From positions 17,946 to 81,945 of the forward strand of contig JAHINB010000013.1 in assembly GCA_018896215.1 (NCBI GenBank): a DNA stretch of 64,000 nt. Direction: 5' to 3'. Each line of letters starts with the position of its first letter. Positions within the stretch are counted from its first letter, which is position 1. Positions 10,912 to 18,858 of this stretch are shown here, piece by piece. Source of the DNA: Patescibacteria group bacterium. GTDB lineage: Bacteria; Patescibacteriota; WWE3; 0-14-0-20-40-13. The position numbers and the translations under genes were made by a program. Under the pieces are notes generated by a model. It had not been told where the DNA came from. It worked only from the letters and a program-made list of their open reading frames with translations, and made no database searches.

Positions 10912-11175
10912 CTAATCAGCCACGGGACATTTGCACTCACCACAACCACAAGTACATTGAGCATCGTAATAGACTTCCCTTCCTTTTTTAATTCTTTTAA
11001 GTAAACCCGTTTTTGCAAGTTCCATTAAATGGTACGAAACCGTAGGTTGTGTCAATTTAAAATGGGACACAACCTCGGATACTGTTTTAGATTTTCCGCT
11101 TTGCACAAATTCGTAGATTTTAGATCTTGAATTATCCGAAATAGCTTTAAAGCAAGCCAAGCATTTTTTATTCAT
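10912..11175 (-). CDS. ArsR/SmtB-family winged-helix regulator with C-terminal Cys cluster (SufR-like)
   Basis: HTH SEVVSHFKLTQPTVSYHLMELAKTGLL plus a C-terminal CTCGCGECKC. It is the first gene of the suf cluster. Confidence 0.55.
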   Translation of the reverse strand: MNKKCLACFKAISDNSRSKIYEFVQSGKSKTVSEVVSHFKLTQPTVSYHLMELAKTGLLKRIKKGREVYYDAQCTCGCGECKCPVAD

Positions 11176-11270
11176 AACAAGATTAAAGAAAAATATTTCT
11201 ATTAATTTCCCCGACTAATGTCGGGGGCGTTACATATTTCCGAGCGCGGAAATCTATATTTTTTAAATAG
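11173..11270. repeat. copy of the dispersed structured leader repeat ('E-family')
   Basis: CATAACAAGATTAAAGAA.. then hairpin CCCCGAC-taat-GTCGGGG, then GCGTTACATA, then hairpin TTTCC-gagcgc-GGAAA, then TCTAT. It abuts the start codon of the ArsR-like gene and is near-identical in architecture to the copies inside the ribosomal operon. Confidence 0.6.
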
Positions 11271-11337
11271 AAACCCATCTATATATTAATCTGTTTGGAT
11301 AAAATAGTCAACAAGTGAGCGCTGTTGCAAATCTTCT

Positions 11338-11808
11338 TTACCTTTTGTTTTTGATGCCTTCAATCCGCCTAAAGATTTGCTGATCGGGATATTTTCCTAC
11401 AAGCATTCGGGAAAGCTGATTGTAGCTAGTAATGTCGTTATTCTTTTTAGCAAAGACCGTTCCGGCGTTTTTAATTTGCTCAATAGTCGAACGGTACGAG
11501 CTTTCGCTAAAAGAAAAAATTGGCAAAGGCAAATAGCTTATTCCCTGCCCTAGACATGCCTGCCTCTTTAAGGAATCTGCCCTAAGCTGATTTTGGAATT
11601 TTTCGGGAGTTTGCATTGCTTCTATCTGCTTGTAATGCTGCGGACCCTGAAATTCTATGGCAACTCCCAGTTGTGGGTAGTACCTGTCAATCTCAAGACC
11701 ATTAGTCCACAAGGGACGGGTATTATCTAGAGTCTTAAACCCTTTAAGGTAGTAGTCCAAAATTGTCTTGGCTAATTGTTCGAACAAGGAAACCGTAGTT
11801 ATTTGCAT
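11338..11808 (-). CDS. hypothetical protein, possible PD-(D/E)xK / DUF559-like nuclease fold
   Basis: 156 aa. LEIDRYYPQLGVAIEFQGPQHY resembles the D...(E/Q)xDG..H core of Vsr/DUF559-like endonucleases. Weak. Confidence 0.3.
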   Translation of the reverse strand: MQITTVSLFEQLAKTILDYYLKGFKTLDNTRPLWTNGLEIDRYYPQLGVAIEFQGPQHYKQIEAMQTPEKFQNQLRADSLKRQACLGQGISYLPLPIFSFSESSYRSTIEQIKNAGTVFAKKNNDITSYNQLSRMLVGKYPDQQIFRRIEGIKNKR

Positions 11809-11832
11809 AGTATTAATGGCTGTGCCACGTTT

Positions 11833-11943
11833 ATCTTAGCGATTTAGAATTGGTATCGTGTTCGCGTGATGCTCCGCCTTCGGCGGATCAAACGCGACCA
11901 TCGTAATCTCTAAGCTTCCCGATTAAATCGGGATCGCTAAGAT
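11833..11943 (-). ncRNA. candidate structured RNA element 3' of tRNA-Pro (function unknown)
   Basis: An 11-bp long-range stem (ATCTTAGCGAT at 11833-11843 pairs with ATCGCTAAGAT at 11933-11943). It encloses the hairpins CCGCC-UUCG-GGCGG and CCCGATT-AA-ATCGGG and a CGCGT...ACGCG stem. No ORF. Confidence 0.3.
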
Positions 11944-11949
11944 ATTACG

Positions 11950-12025
11950 TGGTCGGGGATGCCGGGCTCGAACCGGCGACCTCACGCACCCCATGCGTGC
12001 GCGCTACCAACTGCGCCAATCCCCG
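11950..12025 (-). tRNA. tRNA-Pro (anticodon GGG)
   Basis: Cloverleaf read by hand: acceptor CGGGGAT/ATCCCCG, U8, D-arm GCGC-AGTTGGTA-GCGC, anticodon stem CACGC/GCGTG with loop ATGGGGT, T-arm GCCGG-TTCGAGC-CCGGC, then A-CCA encoded. Confidence 0.75.
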
Positions 12026-12262
12026 CTACACTCTATCCTTTAAAAACCGTCTACCAAAACCAGTCTTAAAATACTGCTCTCTTTTTAAAGCCTTATACTT
12101 ATCTAAACAAGCCTCATAATATACTAGCGTTAAAGGTGCCCGAGACTTAGTCGCCTCAACCAAACCTTTGTTATGCATTTCTACTCTATTTTGCAAATCC
12201 TCTGTATATCCAACATAGTATTTCTCATCAATCTTGCTTTTTAAAACATAGGTGTAATGCAT
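12026..12262 (-). CDS. GIY-YIG nuclease-domain protein
   Basis: 78 aa with YTYVL...YYVGYTEDLQNRVEMHN (GIY-YIG core). Its stop codon abuts the tRNA-Pro 5' end. Confidence 0.65.
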   Translation of the reverse strand: MHYTYVLKSKIDEKYYVGYTEDLQNRVEMHNKGLVEATKSRAPLTLVYYEACLDKYKALKREQYFKTGFGRRFLKDRV

Positions 12263-12336
12263 ATGCTACCAACTGCCCTGCCCGCAACGCCTTCGCAAGC
12301 TTGGCTTGCGTGGCGGGCGTGGCGCCAATCCCCGCT
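12262..12336. repeat. partial direct duplication of the tRNA-Pro 5' half
   Basis: GCTACCAACTGC (12264-12275) and GCGCCAATCCCCGCTA (12321-12336) repeat tRNA segments 12003-12014 and 12013-12028. Together they bracket the GIY-YIG ORF. Confidence 0.7.
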
Positions 12337-12426
12337 AGAAAATGTTTCCTTGCGTCCTGAGCCTGTCGAAGGACAATTCCTATTCTATCCTTTTGCCTCC
12401 ACATTTTCCAGACCCGCTTTTCTTGT

Positions 12427-12450
12427 CATAGGGTCTGACCCTTAAACAAA
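12427..12450. repeat. GGGTC-N-GACCC boundary palindrome, inverted-orientation copy
   Basis: TTTGTTTAAGGGTCAGACCCTATG on the minus strand matches TTTGTCTAAGGGTCAGACCCTAAAACA at 15.86 and 18.76 kb. Confidence 0.55.
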
Positions 12451-12495
12451 ATATTCCTCATTTTAAAAAAGTCCTTCTGTTGTTATACTAAAAGT

Positions 12496-13002
12496 ATGTT
12501 AACAAACCAAATGCATCCCGATCAAAAAGTTGGAGTTTTTGTGGATGTCTCCAACATGTACTACAGCGCCAAAAATCTTCACAATTCAAAGGTAGACTTT
12601 GGGCAGGTTTTACAAATGGTACTGGGCAAGCGCAAACTCATCCGCGCCTTTGCCTATGTTATAAGAGCCAACATTGAACAGGAAAAGACTTTTTTTGAAG
12701 CGCTAGAAAAACGCGGCTTCGAAGTTCGTATTAAAGACTTGCAAGTTTTTTTGGGTGGCGAAAAAAAAGGTGATTGGGATGTAGGGCTTTGCATGGATGC
12801 TGTAAGACTCATCCCCAAAATAGACGCTCTAGTTTTAATTTCGGGAGATGGGGATTATACCGATTTGTTGGATTATGCCCGTTCGCAAGGAGTAAGGTGC
12901 GAAGTGGCTTCGTTTGGACGCAACACCTCTGGAAAATTAATCGAGCGCGCCGACAGTTTTTTTGATTTAGACTACTTTGCCAAAAATATCCTTTTAGCCT
13001 AG
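12496..13002 (+). CDS. NYN-domain (LabA-like, PIN-like) protein
   Basis: VGVFVDVSNMYYS...GDWDVGLCMDA...LISGDGDYTDL are the acidic-residue signature of NYN/DUF88. Confidence 0.65.
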   Translation: MLTNQMHPDQKVGVFVDVSNMYYSAKNLHNSKVDFGQVLQMVLGKRKLIRAFAYVIRANIEQEKTFFEALEKRGFEVRIKDLQVFLGGEKKGDWDVGLCMDAVRLIPKIDALVLISGDGDYTDLLDYARSQGVRCEVASFGRNTSGKLIERADSFFDLDYFAKNILLA

Positions 13003-13023
13003 AGTATTTTTTAAATAGCTAAG

Positions 13024-14778
13024 ATGAGAAGCTTTTACTTCCCAAAACAACTTATCATTCGGGCAGGGATTTTAGCTTTTGCCTTTACGGCAATTTCGTT
13101 TTTTGCTTACCACCTTTCGTTTTTAAACAGAGTAATTCCCAATGTTTACTTGGACGGTAAACGCATCAGCGGGATATCAATTGTTAAATTGCAACAAGAT
13201 CTTGGGTATCTTGATACTTATGATCCCGTAATTTCTTTTAGGGACGAGCCCTCAAAACAAGATTTTGTCGTTAAGGCATCGGATATTGGACTTTATTATA
13301 ATTCTCAAGAAACTATTAAAAAAGCGTTTTTACTTGGCAGAACCAGCAATTTTATTCAAGATAACTTAACAAAGTTTAACCTACTATTTAAGGGATATAA
13401 CCTGACCCCAGAGTATCTTGTAAATCAAGATCTTTTGGATTTAAAAATAAGCCAAATCCAAACTAAAGTAGAATCCCCTTTTTACAACGCTTACTTCTAC
13501 ATCTCTAATAACAAGCTCGAGATAGAGAAAGAAGTTTCGGGATTACGGCTTAACAAAAACAAATTAAAAGCTAGGATTTTAGAAAAATATTTAAGTTTTA
13601 ATTTTGTAAACGAGCCTCTTCCTATGGAACAATTTACTCCGGAGGTAACAACAGAAAACTTAACCCCTGTGAAAGAATTCGTCCAAAATATAGTTTTTAA
13701 TCCACCAGCGCTATTTTTTGAGAAAAAAGTTTATAAATTAACTCCCGAAAACATTTTAAAATCTGTTTTTCTAAAAATGGAATCGGGGGCAAACAAAGCC
13801 ACCGTTACCGTAAACACCGAAACGCTCTCCCCCATAATTGCAACAATTGCCGAAGAAATAAACACCCCACCTAAAGGAGAGATATTTTTAATGGAAAACG
13901 GCAAGGTAAGTAGCTTTAGACCAGCATCCAATGGCGTCGTAATTGATGAAGAAAAACTTTATAAAGATTTGGCAAGCGCGATTTTAGTAGATGACCCCAA
14001 GGCTAAAACTGTTACCATTCCGGTTCGCGAAACCAAAGTTTTAGCTAATAATGAATACGGTATAAAAGAATTGCTGGGAGAAGGCATATCTAAATTCGAA
14101 GGGTCTATAAGTGGCAGGGTTTTTAATATTGCTCTTGCTTCATCCAACCTCAACGGAACCTTAATTCCCCCTGGAGAGACATTCTCTTTTAATAAATCGG
14201 TAGGCGAAATTGATGCTACCCACGGGTTTACTTCTGCCTACATTATTTCCAAAGGGAGAACAGTACTGGGAGAAGGTGGCGGGGTTTGTCAAGTTTCTAC
14301 CACGCTTTTTCGCGCTGTCTTAAATTCGGGACTTCCAGTAGTTACTCGAGCCGCTCACGCCTATAGAGTTTCATATTACGAACAGGACGCTCCGGTAGGT
14401 CTTGATGCCACAATTTATCAGCCCACAGTGGATTTTAAATTTAAGAATGACACCGCAGGCTATATTTTGTTAACTGCTTCCGTTGACCAGAAAAACCTGA
14501 CTATGAATTTTAAGATTTATGGAACAAGTGATGGGAGAACCATAGAAATTACTAAGCCGATTATTACTTCCCAAACTCCGCCACCGCCAGCAGTTTATGA
14601 GGAAACTGATACATTACTTGTGGGACAAACTAAGCAGGTGGATTGGTCGGCTTGGGGAGCAAGTGTCAAATTTAGTCGTAAAGTGGTAAAAAATGAAAAA
14701 ATAATAATTGACGAAGAGTATATTAGCAATTATAGACCTTGGCGAGCTGTGTACTTGGTTGGTACCAAAGAACCTTAA
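13024..14778 (+). CDS. VanW-family protein (N-terminal TM anchor)
   Basis: 584 aa. C-terminal VanW core GFTSAYIISKGRTVLGEGGGVCQVSTTLFRAV...YYEQDAPVGLDATIY. Confidence 0.7.
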   Translation: MRSFYFPKQLIIRAGILAFAFTAISFFAYHLSFLNRVIPNVYLDGKRISGISIVKLQQDLGYLDTYDPVISFRDEPSKQDFVVKASDIGLYYNSQETIKKAFLLGRTSNFIQDNLTKFNLLFKGYNLTPEYLVNQDLLDLKISQIQTKVESPFYNAYFYISNNKLEIEKEVSGLRLNKNKLKARILEKYLSFNFVNEPLPMEQFTPEVTTENLTPVKEFVQNIVFNPPALFFEKKVYKLTPENILKSVFLKMESGANKATVTVNTETLSPIIATIAEEINTPPKGEIFLMENGKVSSFRPASNGVVIDEEKLYKDLASAILVDDPKAKTVTIPVRETKVLANNEYGIKELLGEGISKFEGSISGRVFNIALASSNLNGTLIPPGETFSFNKSVGEIDATHGFTSAYIISKGRTVLGEGGGVCQVSTTLFRAVLNSGLPVVTRAAHAYRVSYYEQDAPVGLDATIYQPTVDFKFKNDTAGYILLTASVDQKNLTMNFKIYGTSDGRTIEITKPIITSQTPPPPAVYEETDTLLVGQTKQVDWSAWGASVKFSRKVVKNEKIIIDEEYISNYRPWRAVYLVGTKEP

Positions 14779-14782
14779 TCCC

Positions 14783-15196
14783 TTATCTTTCTTCGTAAAT
14801 TACCTCAATAACTACAGATAACTCCCCTCCCCCACTAGTTAAAATAATCGACAAGGTTTTATTGTCTTTTTTGTATACAAGAGGTTTTTCTATTGTGTAT
14901 CCCAAATTTCTCGCCTGCGAAATATAATAATTGGCAATTTTGGATAAAGGATCGTAAGACTCAAACAAAAGATCGTAGCCTTGGAGTGTTTTGTTTTGGC
15001 TGATAAATAAGGCTCCGGGATAAACAATGAAATCTTTAGGCAATGAGCTTAAAAACCCAGTTGAAACCCCGGCAACTTTGCTGGTTCCCGGTGTAATAAC
15101 AGTTTCGATGTTGGTAAATTTTTGGTAAAGGATAAAAGAAAAAACAAAGACGATAAATCCTGCAATTAACTTTTTAAATGCTACTTTCATTGCCAC
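14783..15196 (-). CDS. hypothetical membrane-anchored protein
   Basis: 137 aa with one N-terminal TM helix (LIAGFIVFVFSFILY). Confidence 0.35.
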   Translation of the reverse strand: MAMKVAFKKLIAGFIVFVFSFILYQKFTNIETVITPGTSKVAGVSTGFLSSLPKDFIVYPGALFISQNKTLQGYDLLFESYDPLSKIANYYISQARNLGYTIEKPLVYKKDNKTLSIILTSGGGELSVVIEVIYEER

Positions 15197-15217
15197 TAGT
15201 ATATCACTTTTGCCTTT

Positions 15218-15240
15218 TTAGGATCCGACCCTAAAACAGG
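15218..15240. repeat. variant boundary palindrome TTAGGATCCGACCCTAAAACAGG
   Basis: Same TAAAACA tail and GACCC half-site as the GGGTCAGACCC copies. It supplies the stop codon (TTA on minus) of the 15218 gene. Confidence 0.45.
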
Positions 15241-15523
15241 AGTACAAATCTAGCAAATACTCTGCAATAACTTTGTCTTCGAATTTGCTATTGATGATTT
15301 CCCACGCTTTTTCATACAATTCCGGTGACACTGTTTTTACTTTCTCCACAAGAGAAGTTGCCAATCCCCTTTCGCCTTTCGCCATGTAATAGGCGCTACG
15401 ATAAATATTCCCCAACGCATCTGCTTGTAGATTTTTCTCACGGGAGACTCCTTTCTCACGGGTGACACCCCATAAAGCGTTTGTATTTTGTACCGGGGTG
15501 TCACCCGAATAGATTTCTTTCAT
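15218..15523 (-). CDS. hypothetical protein whose 5' coding region is built from palindromic repeat elements
   Basis: Start taken at the ATG that forms an ATGA overlap with the upstream gene stop (MKEIYSGDTP...). Codons 5-25 are encoded by the IR-A and IR-B repeats. Confidence 0.3.
   Translation of the reverse strand: MKEIYSGDTPVQNTNALWGVTREKGVSREKNLQADALGNIYRSAYYMAKGERGLATSLVEKVKTVSPELYEKAWEIINSKFEDKVIAEYLLDLYSCFRVGS
15441..15510. repeat. IR-A palindromic element copy 2, with adjacent partial IR-B arm
   Basis: CGGGAGACTCC (15441-15451) followed by CGGGTGACACCCC (15459-15471), a 23-nt spacer, then GGGGTGTCACCCG (15495-15507). Copy 1 is at 6439-6478. Confidence 0.65.
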
Positions 15524-15855
15524 TTTTGATTCCAAATGACTTCTTTGACAACTTTGATTAATTTCTCTCTTATCACTGGATCCAAAATATCCATTGAAGC
15601 GTTTCCTTGACTTGCACGCAGATTTAAAACAGCTAAAGTTTCTACAGATTTTACTTTGAGGTCAACCGCTCCACCCCAAATATCTCTGGGATGAGATCCT
15701 TCCCCCACCAAAATATCCTCCCCATCACTATGGAGTTCGCAACCTGCAACAAGCCATTTATTTTCTATATCAACAGTAACTTTAAAATAACTCCCAAACT
15801 CTTTCTCTAGCTCCAAAAGATCTTTGTTTGTAATTTTTTCTTTAAATAATTTCAT
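15520..15855 (-). CDS. hypothetical protein
   Basis: 111-aa ORF with no recognisable motif. Confidence 0.35.
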   Translation of the reverse strand: MKLFKEKITNKDLLELEKEFGSYFKVTVDIENKWLVAGCELHSDGEDILVGEGSHPRDIWGGAVDLKVKSVETLAVLNLRASQGNASMDILDPVIREKLIKVVKEVIWNQK

Positions 15856-15861
15856 TTTGTC

Positions 15862-15882
15862 TAAGGGTCAGACCCTAAAACA
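15862..15882. repeat. boundary palindrome TAAGGGTCAGACCCTAAAACA
   Basis: Identical 21-mer at 18764-18784. A 5-1-5 inverted repeat GGGTC-A-GACCC. Confidence 0.65.
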
Positions 15883-15888
15883 GATCGA

Positions 15889-15924
15889 AAAGTATCTGGC
15901 AATATCTGGCAACATCAGGCAATG
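15889..15924. repeat. phased 10-bp direct repeats (GTATCTGGCA / ATATCTGGCA / ACATCAGGCA) ending in ATG
   Basis: Three 10-nt units in register. A near-identical array at 17741-17785 ends in the Fic start codon. Confidence 0.6.
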
Positions 15925-15927
15925 TTG

Positions 15928-16347
15928 CTAAAACTCCAAAACTTCCGGTGGATTTGTGGCGTGATTGCTATACTTTGTCCAACTAGGAACGAACCTGAGA
16001 ATAGTTCCATCTGCAACATAATCTTTCCACTCGGGATGAACTTGCAACATATAATCTCTTTCTTTGGCGGCTCCTGAATCATCTACTACTTGTGTGATAT
16101 CCCCATCAATTTGTACCGTCGGATTGTCGTTTTCGCAGCCTACGACAACAGAAGCTTTTGAATTAACTTTTATATTAGCCATTTTTCTTGTTGTAGCATC
16201 GGTAGAAAACAAAAGAGAAAAGTCGTCTTTAGCAACATAAGCCATAGTTGCAGCCTGTGTCTTTCCGGACGCATCGGCGGTAGCTAAAACACACAACTCT
16301 CTGCTTTTTAAAAAAGCCAAAACTCCTTCTTTATCCATACTTCTCAC
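15928..16347 (-). CDS. pyridoxamine 5'-phosphate oxidase-like FMN-binding protein
   Basis: 139 aa, split-barrel PNPOx-like (LCVLATADASGKTQAATMAYV....VVVGCENDNPTVQIDGDI). Confidence 0.55.
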   Translation of the reverse strand: MRSMDKEGVLAFLKSRELCVLATADASGKTQAATMAYVAKDDFSLLFSTDATTRKMANIKVNSKASVVVGCENDNPTVQIDGDITQVVDDSGAAKERDYMLQVHPEWKDYVADGTILRFVPSWTKYSNHATNPPEVLEF

Positions 16348-16359
16348 CCCCTTAAATAG

Positions 16360-16410
16360 GTTCCCACGCGCAAGCGCGCGGTACTATATTCGTTACAAAA
16401 GTATCCGCAT
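16360..16410. repeat. partial E-family-like element (hairpin + GTTACAAAAG)
   Basis: CACGCGCAAGCGCGCGG hairpin followed by CGTTACAAAAG, the same grammar as TTTCGCGAAGCGAAAGCGTTACAAG in the ribosomal-operon spacers. Followed by two GC hairpins at 16429-16497. Confidence 0.3.
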
Positions 16411-16532
16411 TTGCTGGAGCAAATTAACGCCCCGCCGCAGGCGGGGAATTTATCGGAAGATTCATCCCCGCCCAGAACTGCGTAGCTGTTGGCGGGGTCT
16501 TCTCTAAATCTTGTTATAAAAAATATCTGTCC

Positions 16533-17510
16533 CTAAATCCTAATAAGCTTTTCTAACCAAGGAATGTGTTCGTTTTTCCTTTTCCACCAAAGATCTTCCC
16601 AAATATAATGTACCGCGAGCTGTTTATATTTTCCATACCTCTCAAAGTATTTGAGAAGTTTTTCTACAGGAACGGGATTTTCGGGATCTTTATTAAAAAA
16701 TAATTTGGAATAAATTTTTTGCTCCCAAGGTGATATATGGTTAAAAAAATCCCAACGATGAAAAACATCAAACAAAAGATACCAAACTGTAGCTGGTCCG
16801 ACTCCGTAAAGTCTCAACAACTCCTTCATTTGTGTATCTCGATCTTTTTTACGCAACTCCATTTCATCAATTTCATCAATGAGACCTTGGAAAAAGCAAT
16901 CATCTGTTCTTTTTATTGACTTAGCACGATAACCCACTTTTAAAGCTCGCAACTCATCTTCGGTGACATCCTTCAAATCCCCCGGCTCCCAAAAACACCA
17001 GAGTTTCTTGCCAGCGAATTCGAGGGATGTTCCGTATTTTTCAAATAAAACCTGCATCATTTGGATTGAACGACGGACGGTGCAATTTTGTAAAACAATG
17101 CTGATGATTAAGTATTCGTAAAGGGAATCTTGATGACCAGGGCGCATACCGTAAAGCCGCTTGATAACTGGTCCCACAAACCTGTCCTTTGAGAGGTGTT
17201 TATAAAAGTCAGTGAGGTTCAGATTTAGATTATACCTATATTTGACTTCATCGATAAATTGTTCAACAAATTCTCCAGACAGTCTTTCGGTGGAATAGAT
17301 CTCTACTTTTATTTTTGGTTTATCAATAGAACTAACACCTTTGAATACCACTCCTAAATTTTTTCCAAGATAACGAAAGGTTTGCCATCTAACATCAGGC
17401 TCCCAGTAATTATCACCTGATGAGAAATGGGCCGGCTTATGAAAAGTGGCATCAAAATTAAATGGGGCTGTCGGATCTATCTCAATTGTATATTTTTTGT
17501 CTAATATCAT
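16533..17510 (-). CDS. HhH-GPD superfamily DNA glycosylase (AlkA/Ogg-like)
   Basis: Helix-hairpin-helix LRLYGVGPATVWYLLF followed by a conserved Asp region. 325 aa. Confidence 0.55.
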   Translation of the reverse strand: MILDKKYTIEIDPTAPFNFDATFHKPAHFSSGDNYWEPDVRWQTFRYLGKNLGVVFKGVSSIDKPKIKVEIYSTERLSGEFVEQFIDEVKYRYNLNLNLTDFYKHLSKDRFVGPVIKRLYGMRPGHQDSLYEYLIISIVLQNCTVRRSIQMMQVLFEKYGTSLEFAGKKLWCFWEPGDLKDVTEDELRALKVGYRAKSIKRTDDCFFQGLIDEIDEMELRKKDRDTQMKELLRLYGVGPATVWYLLFDVFHRWDFFNHISPWEQKIYSKLFFNKDPENPVPVEKLLKYFERYGKYKQLAVHYIWEDLWWKRKNEHIPWLEKLIRI

Positions 17511-17740
17511 AATTGCTTGGGGTGTCCGAGGATCTGAATCCCTTTAAAATCCTTTAGTGTGATTATATACTATCCCATGGAACATATTGCAATAATGAAA
17601 AAACAATGGGGGCTAATACCAAAAATCTTATCTGGAGAAAAAACTGGGTACGGTGTGCAGTGCGCTTGGATAACAACAGAAAACACCTCGCGCCTTAGGA
17701 TCATTTAGAATTTAGATATTAGGATTTAGAATTTCTTCTA

Positions 17741-17785
17741 AAGTATCTGGCAATATCTGGCAACATCTGGTAACATTAGGCAATG
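17741..17785. repeat. phased 10-bp direct repeats (x4) ending in the Fic ATG
   Basis: GTATCTGGCA-ATATCTGGCA-ACATCTGGTA-ACATTAGGCA-ATG, 10-nt periodicity. Confidence 0.6.
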
Positions 17786-18766
17786 GAAATTCCTCCAAAA
17801 TTCGCGATTAATTCCAAAGTAGCTGACCTAATAGCGTTAATTGACTCCAACCGCCTCTTTATTAATTCCAAAAACATTCCCCCAATCGTACAACAGAATA
17901 TCGACCGCGTTAGTCTTTTAAAAAGTGCTTTATATTCCGCAAAAATTGAGGGCAACGAACTCCAAGAACACAACTTTAATTTTTATCCCAAAGATCAAAA
18001 GAAACTAGAAGTTTTAAACATCCAAAAAGCCATAAATTACATCAATAGCGAGATTACAGGTACAAAACCAGTGATTTTAGAAACTATTCTTACACTGCAA
18101 AAGATATCTATGGAAAACATAGTTCCAAATGCAGGAAAAATTAGAAGCGACAATTTGGCTATTTTTAATTCCGCTGGAGTTGCAGTTTATTTTGCCCCTC
18201 CCCCATCGGAACTTTCTATTTTTTTAGAGAAATTGATAAACTATATAAACTCATCAAGTGCAGAATCACCAATTATTGTTGCCTTAATAGCTCATCTAAT
18301 TCTAGAAAAAATCCACCCCTTTCAAGACGGCAATGGTAGGGTTGGAAGACTCTTAATTTATGCGGTTCTAAAAGCCAAAAGCTACAATTTTGGAGTCCCT
18401 GTTGTGTTAGAAGAAGAAATAAACAAAAGACGAGACGAATATTACTATCACCTAGACCAAGGATACAAAAATGTAGAGGACTATTTGTTTTTTATGCTCG
18501 AAATCTTTTATAACCAAACAGAAACTGTTAAAACCCAGCTAACTTATATTCCACAAGAAAACGATGTGGTTTTGTCTTTGGCGCCAAGGCAAGGAGAAAT
18601 TTACAACATTATTAAAGACCATCAACTGGTATCTCTTGATTTTATTCATAGGAGATTCGTAACAGTTCCAGCAAGAACCCTTCGTTACGATCTAAAGAAA
18701 TTACAAGAAAAGGGTTTGATCAACAAAACATCTTCCACTCGAGGAGCTTTCTACAGAGTTGTCTAA
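17783..18766 (+). CDS. Fic/Doc-family protein (Fido, adenylyltransferase-like)
   Basis: Canonical Fic motif HPFQDGNGRVGRLL. The C-terminus is winged-helix-like. Its stop TAA is the first 3 nt of the boundary palindrome. Confidence 0.8.
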   Translation: MEIPPKFAINSKVADLIALIDSNRLFINSKNIPPIVQQNIDRVSLLKSALYSAKIEGNELQEHNFNFYPKDQKKLEVLNIQKAINYINSEITGTKPVILETILTLQKISMENIVPNAGKIRSDNLAIFNSAGVAVYFAPPPSELSIFLEKLINYINSSSAESPIIVALIAHLILEKIHPFQDGNGRVGRLLIYAVLKAKSYNFGVPVVLEEEINKRRDEYYYHLDQGYKNVEDYLFFMLEIFYNQTETVKTQLTYIPQENDVVLSLAPRQGEIYNIIKDHQLVSLDFIHRRFVTVPARTLRYDLKKLQEKGLINKTSSTRGAFYRVV

Positions 18767-18784
18767 GGGTCAGACCCTAAAACA
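18764..18784. repeat. boundary palindrome TAAGGGTCAGACCCTAAAACA
   Basis: Exact copy of 15862-15882. Confidence 0.65.
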
Positions 18785-18858
18785 ACTACAACAAGATTCA
18801 TGAAATTCCCATCCAAAATTTTTTGCCAAAGGCAAAAGCGTTGCAAGAACTTTAGTTC

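Noticed and set aside
12257-12445. 62-aa plus-strand ORF downstream of the GIY-YIG gene
   Set aside because: It spans the duplicated tRNA fragments and the palindrome. Ala/Trp/Arg-rich translation of repeat DNA, not a gene.
15862-15882. GGGTCAGACCC palindrome as an intrinsic terminator
   Set aside because: The stem would leave a 1-nt loop, or only a 4-bp stem with a 5-nt loop, and no T-tract follows on either strand. More consistent with a protein-binding or recombination site.
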